10,293 bases of DNA from Octopus sinensis. Taxonomy: Eukaryota. The stretch spans positions 1-10,293 of the forward strand of contig NW_021827699.1 in NCBI RefSeq assembly GCF_006345805.1. The letters run 5' to 3'. Numbering within the stretch: the first letter of the stretch is position 1; every line of letters begins with the position of its first letter. The notes below the pieces were generated by a model. The model saw nothing but the letters and a program-made list of their open reading frames with translations, did not search any database and had not been told where the DNA came from. Made by a program: the position numbers and the translations under genes. Shown one piece after another: positions 1-7,137 of the stretch.

Positions 1-78
1 ACTCATTGAGCTATAAGTCTTCATTTTAGCTTAACGCATATACTACTGAAGTGGCACGATCCACCTCGGGGACACTGT

Positions 79-268
79 ATGCGATCGCTTGAAGTGCTAG
101 AAGTAATAGGCAAACCTCACTCGAACCATAACCTACTATTTGAAAAATGGAGGTAAACGTTAGACATTATAGCTCAAGATACACTGTGGTTGAATAACAG
201 ACGACTTGGTCACGGTTTAATCACTTTTTTTGCGCGTAAGTTTGATGGGATTAAAGCTAAACAATAAC
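79..268 (+). mobile_element. Diverged 3' part of a retroposon family ending at a trinucleotide tail (copy 1; may extend further 5')
   Basis: Aligns by eye to 827-1004: ATGCG..TTGA..TGCT.GAA.TA (79 vs 827), GAAAAATGGAGGTAAACGT vs GAAAAAGGAGGGAAACGT, and GCTAAACAATAAC vs GTTAGACAACAAC at the tail junction. Confidence 0.6.
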
Positions 269-315
269 GTCGTCGTCGTCGTTGTCATCATCATCATCAT
301 CATCAACAACAACAA
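269..315. repeat. Compound trinucleotide microsatellite (GTC)n(ATC)n(AAC)n
   Basis: Directly visible; probably the tail of the element at 79-268. Confidence 0.95.
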
Positions 316-316
316 A

Positions 317-660
317 GGCGCAATGGCCCAGTGGTTAGGGCAGCGGACTCGCGATCGGAGGATCGCGGTTTCGATTCCCAGACCGGGCGTTGTGTGTGTT
401 TATTGAGCGAAAACACCTAAAGCTCCACGAGACTCCGGTAGGGGTGGTGGGTGGCGACACCTGTTGTACTCTTTCGCTCCAACGTTCTCTCACTCTTTTT
501 TTCCTGTTTCCCCGACTTCCTACACAACCGCTAAGCCTGGATGCACATTCATCCATCCGTCGATGCTCTCGGGTCTTACGAATAGCAAAGGACCACGTTT
601 CGGACTTCTCCCACTACAGGGCGAAGACCGCTTCGCTCAACAAACAAACAGACAAACAGC
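317..660 (+). mobile_element. tRNA-derived SINE, apparently full length, with (CAAA)n/(CAA)n tail
   Basis: A-box TGGCCCAGTGG at 324-334, B-box-like GTTTCGATTCC at 368-378, hairpin GCGATC-GGAG-GATCGC at 351-366, no tRNA acceptor stem, ~250-bp unrelated body, 3' hairpin GCGAAG-ACCG-CTTCGC at 621-636 directly before the tail. Confidence 0.85.
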
Positions 661-800
661 AACAACAACAACAACAACAACGACGACGACGACAACAACA
701 ACAACAAAACAACAACGACGACGACGACGACGACAACAACAACAACAACAACAATAACAACAACAGTAGCAGCAGCAACATCAACAACAAGAACAACTGC
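638..800. repeat. Compound (CAAA)/(CAA)n/(CGA)n/(AGC)n microsatellite
   Basis: Directly visible; source of the poly-Q/N/D/T/R ORFs. Confidence 0.97.
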
Positions 801-826
801 ACGAACAGTAAATCGAAACAAATAAG

Positions 827-1060
827 ATGCGGGTGATTGATCTGCTTGAAATAGCAGTCTGTTACACTCTATTATATCCAGAAAAAGGAGGGAAACGTAA
901 ATAATGTAAATAATGTAATCCTAGACGCACCACCCCCGAGTAAAATATAGGATGGTATCTTCTCATTGTAGGCCTGATGGATCAGGATTAATGCGGGGTT
1001 AGACAACAACAACAACAACAACAACAGCAACAACAACCACATCAACAACAACAACAACAA
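827..1060 (+). mobile_element. Diverged 3' part of the same retroposon family as 79-268 (copy 2) with (AAC)n tail at 1005-1060
   Basis: Internal similarity to 79-268; hairpin CCTGAT-GG-ATCAGG at 973-986; (AAC)n tail. Confidence 0.65.
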
Positions 1061-1290
1061 ACTTAAATGACTGACTTGGTATATGACACATGTGGTATTT
1101 AGAAAAAATGTCCGTAAAAGTTAATTAAGAGAACCAGCAGGGTTTGCTGCCAGTTAGAAATATATTTTGGAACTACCGGAAGTGTTTCGCTGGTGGCGAT
1201 CAAATTCCGGTGAATAGATTCTTCGAAACAGTTTCGATATTCAGTTAGAATTTCATTTTAGTCAATTCCTTTTTAAGGCCATCTAAGCTT

Positions 1291-1506
1291 AGGAGTGGCT
1301 GTGTGGTAAGTAGCTTGCTTACCAACCACATGGTTCCGAGCTCAGTCCCACTGAGTGGCAACTTGGGCAAGTGTCTTCTACTATAGCCTCGGGCCGACTA
1401 AAGCCTTGTGAGTGGATTTCGTAGACGGAAACTGAAAGAAGCCCGTCGTATCTATATCTATATATATATATATATTATAATATATTATATATATATATAC
1501 ACATAT

Positions 1507-1543
<37 letters not shown>

Positions 1544-1789
1544 GTATATATGCGTGTGTGTATATATGTATGTGTGTATATGTTTGTGTGTATGTTTGTC
1601 GCCCCAACATCGCTTGACAACCGATGCTGGTGTGTTTACGTCCCCGTAACTTAGCGGTTCGCCGAAACAGACCGATAGAATAAGTACTAGGCTTACAAAA
1701 ACTAAGTCCTGGGGTCGATTTGCTCGACTAAAAGGCGGTGCTCCAGTATGGCCTCAGTCAAATGACTGAAACAAGTAAAAGAGTAAAAG
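1291..1789 (+). mobile_element. tRNA-derived CORE-like SINE (octopus OR2-like, name tentative), full length, with internal microsatellite at ~1450-1592
   Basis: A-box-like TGGCTGTGTGG at 1296-1306; CORE-like CTTGGGCAAGTGTCTTCTACTATAGCCTCGGG at 1362-1393; 3' half and (GAGTAAAA)n tail; clear paralogues at 3697, 5243-5575, 8731 and 9925. Confidence 0.9.
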
Positions 1790-1790
1790 G

Positions 1791-1872
1791 CACTTGGTCA
1801 AAGCTCCACACAGTAGGACTGATCCCTGAACCATGTGGCTGGAAAGCAAACTTCTTACTTCACAGCCACGTC
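1791..1872 (-). mobile_element. Head-only fragment of the CORE-like SINE
   Basis: Reverse complement GACGTGGCTGTGAAGTAAGAAGTTTGCTTTCCAGCCACATGGTTCAGGG... matches the 1291 head. Confidence 0.8.
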
Positions 1873-2329
1873 ATACTTAGAACCCTCAACTTCAGACTAC
1901 ACCTTGCTTGTTTTAAGAAAATGAACACTTTGCAAGACGTGATCCTAGTTTATATTTAGTTGAAAAACAGTCATACGTGATGGTCTCGCCTGGAAGGTCT
2001 CCTCACAGTAGATCTACTTGAACAACAACACGAGTGAACAGTAGTCAAAAAGTGAAACCTTTTCCGTAAAGTGCTTTTAAAATTGTTTGTAGCCATTTTG
2101 ATTAATCTTCTCTTGGCTAATGTCTTCTTGGAAAGGCATCAATACCAACACATCCCTTTCATCCTAGTTTGTATGGTTGTTTTAGGGATTTGGAGAACAT
2201 AGGCACCGAAAGGAGTACAGGATTGTACATGCAAAGAATCATTTGCCCGTAAAGATATTTATATTCGCTTATCAACTTCTGACAAGATGGGGGCAATATA
2301 CGCCATTTTTTTTTCCTGAAACAAATGGA

Positions 2330-2700
2330 AGAAAAATACAAAAAAAAAAAACAATGGATGAATGAATGAAAGAAAGAGAGAAACAAGGGATGGATGTATC
2401 AAAGAAATGGATGAAAAAAGAGATAGAGAAAGTGAAAGAGGGAGAAAGAAAGAGAGAAAGAGAGGGTGAAAGAAAGTTAAGGATTAAAAGGAGGGGTGCA
2501 AACGAACCAAAAATAGCAGGGAACGTCAACAACGGAAACATGAGCAAAACCCCTCTACTTACCCTCCCCCGCCACCACCACTAGAACCAAAACAAAAGAA
2601 AACAAAGACAAGAACAAAAACAATGTCAAATCAAACAAAAGCAACAAAAAAATGACGATGATAAAATAAGAACTACAACAATAATAAAACAAATAAAATT
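2330..2700. repeat. Purine-rich (GA/GAAA) and A-rich (CAAAA) low-complexity tract
   Basis: Directly visible; explains the K/E/R-rich ORF 2366-2584. Confidence 0.8.
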
Positions 2701-2718
2701 AGAATCAACACAAGGAAG

Positions 2719-2892
2719 CATCGTCATTGTGATCGTGGCGGTCATCGTCATCGCCGTCATCATCATCATCATCATCATCATTGTCGTCGTCGTCATCGCC
2801 ACCAACACCACCACTACCACCACCACCACCACCACCATCATCGCCGTCGTCATCGTGTATGTCATCGTGGTCGTCGTCGTTGTCGTCCACAT
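2719..2892. repeat. In-phase compound trinucleotide array (ATC/GTC/GCC/ACC)
   Basis: Directly visible. Confidence 0.95.
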
Positions 2893-3003
2893 CAACGGTA
2901 GCAATAACAAAAATCCCGCAGTCGTTCCTTAAACTTGGCCATATATCAACATGACATCCGGATCAACTGTGACGTTCGTACATCCCTTTCCTTATCTATA
3001 CTT

Positions 3004-3004
<1 letters not shown>

Positions 3005-3061
<57 letters not shown>

Positions 3062-3166
3062 ACACACACTCACACATTGACGTGTACACAAAAATAGTCT
3101 TACACACACACAGACGGAACCCAACCACACAGGAAAACGCATATGAGCACACACGAGTACATAAAA

Positions 3167-3199
<33 letters not shown>

Positions 3200-3430
3200 A
3201 AATATATATATATATATACACACACACATAAATTCATGCATATATTTCTATAGTAATTTCATTGCATTACCATACATGTGCATGATTTAGGCACATACTC
3301 ACACACACACACACAGACACACAGACACAGACACACGCATATATATATATATGCATACATGCATTCATGCCTATGTATGTGCATATATACACATACAGGC
3401 AGATGCATGTGTTCGTGTACGTATATGCAG
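3005..3430. repeat. Cluster of (CA)n, (TA)n and degenerate CA/TA/TG dinucleotide tracts
   Basis: Long (CA)n from 3005, (TA)n at ~3168-3216, degenerate tracts at ~3296-3430, with short unique spacers. Confidence 0.9.
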
Positions 3431-3696
3431 ATCGACAATAAATGCAAATAATAAGCATAAAAAATGCACAATGCTAATTTGCAGAATACAATGCGTTCTA
3501 TTAATAACTGGATGTTCTGCTTGAACACTCTAACTGTTAGTTTCACCCTTAAATGATTCTAGAGGTGCACCTAGGTCGTCAGGACTATAAGAGCTTATTC
3601 GTATATTGATTTTTAGAAATGAATGAATGCCTTCAATGTTTTTTTTTTTTTGCTACTGTGAAACTAATAGATCTAATATAAAGGTGTTCTACTCAT

Positions 3697-3846
3697 GGAG
3701 TGGCAGTGTGGTAAGAAGCTTGCTTCCGAACCATATGGTTTCAGGTTCAGTCCCACTGTGTGTGTCTTCTATTATATAACTATATAGCCTCGGGTCAATT
3801 AAAGTCTTGTGAGTGGATTTGGTAGACGGAAACTGAAAGAACGCCG

Positions 3847-3878
<32 letters not shown>
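3697..3878 (+). mobile_element. 5' half of the CORE-like SINE, ending in its internal (AT)n; 3' half absent
   Basis: Matches 1291-1450 apart from a deletion in the CORE segment; (AT)n at 3849-3878. Confidence 0.88.
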
Positions 3879-3883
<5 letters not shown>

Positions 3884-3914
3884 GAGATGTGGAACACGAG
3901 TTGTGATATATAAA

Positions 3915-4147
3915 AAAGGAAATGAAGAAAATGCTGACAAAATAATTTAAGTAATTTAAGTAATTTAATTAGGTGAAGTCTTTTTACGGTTGCGCATTTG
4001 TTATGCTTATCAAAAGATAGATTTTTTCCTCGAGGAAAAAATCTATCTTTTGATAAGCATAACAAATGCGCAACCGGTAAAAAGAACTTCACCTAATTAA
4101 TTACTAAATTACTTAAATTATTTGTCAGCATTTTCTTCATTTCCTTT
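3915..4147. repeat. 233-bp loopless palindrome (fold-back element) flanked by TA repeats
   Basis: Centre CCTC|GAGG at 4031/4032; 3987-4076 is a perfect 90-bp palindrome; the outer arms differ only by five 1-nt indels. Confidence 0.95.
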
Positions 4148-4155
4148 ATATATAT

Positions 4156-4213
<58 letters not shown>
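4148..4213. repeat. (TA)n microsatellite, possibly the tail of the adjacent LINE
   Basis: Directly visible; abuts the LINE 3' UTR at ~4223. Confidence 0.95.
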
Positions 4214-4220
<7 letters not shown>

Positions 4221-4222
4221 TA

Positions 4223-4698
4223 TGGTAGTTGTCTACTCTCCTTATGCAGAGTTTGACCACCTCCTGTACCTACACCTTAGCATCATCATGGCATCTGATG
4301 TGTCTTTTAAACCAGACAATGTTCTGAAAAGATATCCACATAGATTACACCTCCGATTTGGACCTGCAGATAAGTTCTGATCTTTATGGATCTTAAAATG
4401 TCTTTTGAGGCCTCCGTTGGATTTGCAAACCTTCTGGCATACACTGCATTCAAACGTGTGCACAGACATATAGGCAGAATAGTTGGTGGAGGTTCATTTT
4501 CTATGTAAATGAGATCTGAGGCCAGCAAATGACAGGCATGGTCTGTCACAGATTGTGCATATAAAAAAGGTCATTGTCATTCACCTTCTCGATCGTTACA
4601 TTCTTCCTTAGGTCTCTTTTGAGTCTTATTTGTGTTATCCTGGCCTCTTCAAATGCTTTCACTCCACTCCGCACCTTAGTTCGCCATCCAACTCGATT
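4223..4698 (-). mobile_element. 5'-truncated, decayed 3' end of an RTE-like non-LTR retrotransposon: ORF C-terminus with three C2H2-type fingers, 3' UTR and stem-loop
   Basis: Correcting two homopolymer indels (A6 at 4563-4568, T4 at 4305-4308) and reading through one stop (4494-4496) gives NRVGWRTKVRSGVKAFEEARITQIRLKRDLRK...FICTICDRPCLSFAGLRSHLHRK*...FECSVCQKVCKSNGGLKRHFKIH...CNLCGYLFRTLSGLKRHIRCHDDAKV* (stop at 4270-4272). The W..V..GV..FE..R helix followed by C2H2 resembles RTE-clade C-termini as recalled. 3' UTR stem-loop ACTCT/AGAGT at 4235-4252. No RT motifs in the window. Confidence 0.75.
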
Positions 4699-4814
4699 CA
4701 AAATTACATTCATATATGGGTGCAGGACTTCAGCAACAGTGCAAAACTGGACAAATAAACACAGAGAAATGACCCTTCACTTCTCGGCTGTCTATCTACT
4801 CCTCATTTCAAGGA

Positions 4815-4841
<27 letters not shown>

Positions 4842-4848
<7 letters not shown>

Positions 4849-5152
4849 ACTCTGATGATGATGCCTATCAAACGAGAAACACGTGTCAACGACTGACCTT
4901 TTAATGTCCAGACATAATTTCTAGAAGCAACATGTAATATGTAATAATTTCCAAAATGGCAATTGATGCCAGCTCCATTTGACAAGGGGAGATAATCCCC
5001 ACTTTCACGAACTCTCCAGGCTTGCCTAGTGAGGGGTTGTTGTCAGTTCGGTCATATTACATGTTGCTTCTAGAAATTATGTCTGGACATTAAAAGGTCA
5101 GTCGTTGACACGTGTTTCTCGTTTGATAGGCATCATCATCAGAGTGGCATAT
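4842..5152. mobile_element. MITE-like element: 100-bp perfect inverted arms around a 111-bp spacer
   Basis: 4842-4941 is the exact reverse complement of 5053-5152 (checked base by base); the outer ATAT could be a target duplication; (AT)n at 4818-4845 on the left. Confidence 0.88.
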
Positions 5153-5242
5153 GCCCGGCCTCCTTATCTCCTGTAGCCAATGGACTTAGACTACTTATGC
5201 AAAAAAGAGTAGAACAAGTTTACGATCTAGGTGATTTGCATA

Positions 5243-5575
5243 ATTAGACTGCGGTCATGCTGGGGCACCGCCTTGAAGAATTTTAGTCGACTTAAGACTT
5301 TTAGTTATTCTATTGGCCTTAATTGTCGGAGCGCTAAGTTACGAGGACGTAAACACACCAACATAGGCTTTCAAACAGATGCGGGAGACAAATCACACGC
5401 ACATATACACACATATATATCGAGCTTCTTTCAGTTTCCGTCTACGAAATCTACCCAGAAGGCTTTGGTCGGCCCGAGGATATTGTAGATGCTTGTCCAA
5501 GGTGTCACGCAGTGGGGTTGGACCCGGAAACACGTGACTAGGAAGCAAACATCTTACCACACAGCCACACCTGCG
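5243..5575 (-). mobile_element. CORE-like SINE, near full length, short internal microsatellite
   Basis: Reverse complement matches both halves of 1291-1789 (head GGTGTGGCTGTGTGGTAAG; TTTACGTCCTCGTAACTTAGCG; GGCGGTGCCCCAGCATG). Confidence 0.88.
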
Positions 5576-5615
5576 CTTCTCTCTCTCTCTCTCTTTTTTC
5601 TCTCTATATATAAAT

Positions 5616-5845
5616 GGCGAGCTGGCAGAAACGTTGGCATTCCGGGCGAAATGCTTAGCGGTATTTCGTCTGCCGTTACGTCCTGAGTTCAAATTCCGCC
5701 GGGGTCGACTTTGCCTTTTATCCTTTCGGGAGGTCGATTAAATAAGTACCAGTTACGCACTGGGGTCGATATAATCGACTTAATACGTTTGTCTGTCCTT
5801 GTTTGTCCTCTCTGTGTTTAGCCCCTTGTGGGTGGTAAAGAAATA
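5616..5845 (+). mobile_element. tRNA-derived Deu/Nin-like SINE (octopus OR1-like, name tentative), full length
   Basis: B-box GAGTTCAAATTCC at 5685-5697; central GGTCGACTTTGCCTTTTATCCTTTCGGG..GTCGAT..AAGTACCAG resembles the Deu/Nin domain as recalled; paralogues at 5846 and 9356. Confidence 0.88.
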
Positions 5846-6013
5846 GGAATTTCATCTGTCTTTCCGTTCTGAGTTCAAATTCCACGGAGGTCGACTTTGC
5901 CTTTCATCCTTTCGGGGTCGATAAATTAAGTACCAGTTGCGTACTGGGTCGATCTAATCGACTAGCCCCCCCTCCCCAAAAATTTCGGGCCTTGTGCCTA
6001 GAGTATAAAAGAT
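5846..6013 (+). mobile_element. Second, 5'-truncated Deu/Nin-like SINE with a different 3' end, directly abutting the previous copy
   Basis: 5846-5962 parallels 5660-5780; it then diverges to AGCCCCCCCTCCCCAAAAATTTCGGGCCTTGTGCCTAGAGTATAAAAGA. Confidence 0.85.
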
Positions 6014-6141
6014 ATATATATGTGTGTGTGCGTATGTATACACGCATAACTAACATACATATATAACAAGAGAGAAAGCAAAAGAGAGAGAGAGAGAGAG
6101 ACAAGAAGAGAGAGAAGGAGAGACATAGTATGTGTGTGTGA

Positions 6142-6193
<52 letters not shown>

Positions 6194-6620
6194 GGAAAGA
6201 GAAAATGAGAACTAACTATGTTGGTTCTGTTGTCAGGAATCCCTATCTTAATTGTCTGTCAATTAAAATGTCATTACTGCCAGGAAGAAAATTGGCAGTG
6301 AAACAGTTATTGACGTTTCTTCATGTACGTGGGGATATGTGTGTGTATGTGTATGTGTTATATGTATGTGTATGTGTTTGTGTATGTGTACGTACGCGTG
6401 GAAGTGTTTGAGTGAGAACAGCATTGTATACGTGTGCGTGCCTAATGTGGTTGATGTATGCGTGTATACAAAACCGAATTCAAACACTCACGCATACACC
6501 CATATGCATGGGACACATACAGATATATACACATGTGGATATGTACACGGATAATATATATATGTGTGTGTGTGTGTGTGTCAATATGAAGGGTAATATG
6601 TATGTGTCTGTGTGTCAGTG
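6014..6620. repeat. (TG)n, (GA)n and degenerate TG/TA/CA dinucleotide tracts with an AT-rich unique spacer at ~6205-6335
   Basis: Directly visible. Confidence 0.85.
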
Positions 6621-6810
6621 TCAGATGTGGGTGTGCGAAATGGTTGGGTGATGAAAATTGGTTTATTACTGGGTTCATTATCTGGGTGGTGTCGTGTGGA
6701 ACAATGACGGTTGCATTGCGAATTTTTAGGAGTGTCGGACACATTTAAGGAATATATCGGATGTGTGTGTGGGGGTGCGCGCGCTCGCGGGCGTGAAGAC
6801 GCTTGTCCTT

Positions 6811-7085
6811 GTGGCCTGGTGGGTAGGGTGTTGTCTTCACGATTACGTAACAGTGGTTTCTATTCCCAGATCGGTGATGCGTTCTGTTCGTTAGCAAAAT
6901 ATTTTTAATTCGCGTTGCTTCAGTCCACTCAGCTGTAAAGGAATAACCCTACTACGGAGTGGCATCCTGTTCAGCGGGAACGTTAGCCTGCCAGCCTAAC
7001 CAGCGAGGTGGCATCATTCGAAGGTCACAGCATTGCAAGGAAGCACATCGTGCTCAGCGGTGTAGTAGAGTATATGAAGGTCTAC
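6811..7085 (+). mobile_element. Diverged tRNA-derived SINE of a fourth family
   Basis: A-box-like TGGCCTGGTGG at 6812-6822; GGTTTCTATTCCCAGA from 6855 is nearly identical to the B-box region of the 317 SINE; body CAGTCCACTCAGCTG...AACCCTACTACGGAGTGGCATCCTGTTCAG resembles recalled V/Meta-type SINE domains. Ends are approximate. Confidence 0.6.
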
Positions 7086-7137
7086 TCAAAACAATGATAC
7101 ATACATACATACATATACATGTATAGATATACATATA

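Noticed and set aside
317-390. Possible tRNA gene (also the heads at 1291, 5616, 6811, 8731)
   Set aside because: A/B boxes are present but there is no acceptor stem or proper anticodon arm, and each continues into a SINE body.
335-1060. ORFs with poly-Q/N/D/T/L/V/C runs (390..836, 464..757, 576..821, 614..802, 872..1060)
   Set aside because: They are translations of a SINE body plus trinucleotide microsatellites, open in several frames on both strands.
1187-1243. Hairpins and GAAAC motifs suggesting another hammerhead (TCGAAAC-A-GTTTCGA at 1223-1237; CCGGAA/TTCCGG)
   Set aside because: No CUGANGA core or valid cleavage triplet on either strand; may be an unidentified repeat fragment.
2180-2310. 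Possible exon after TTTTAG in non-repetitive sequence
   Set aside because: No recognisable peptide and no supported donor site; cannot be called without RNA data.
2366-2584. K/E/R-rich 72-aa ORF
   Set aside because: Translation of a GA-rich low-complexity tract.
3555-3582. Minus-strand CUGACGA next to the palindrome AGGTGCACCT (3563-3572)
   Set aside because: Followed by GAAU rather than GAAA with no stem III; a 10-bp palindrome is expected by chance.
4242-4469. Stand-alone host C2H2 zinc-finger gene
   Set aside because: It is part of a longer disrupted frame with a LINE-like upstream helix, a short 3' UTR stem-loop and a simple-repeat tail; no splice evidence.
6248-6299. Two adjacent 7-bp hairpins (6248-6266, 6276-6299)
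   Set aside because: Short, single-copy and partly AT-rich; no terminator or family context.
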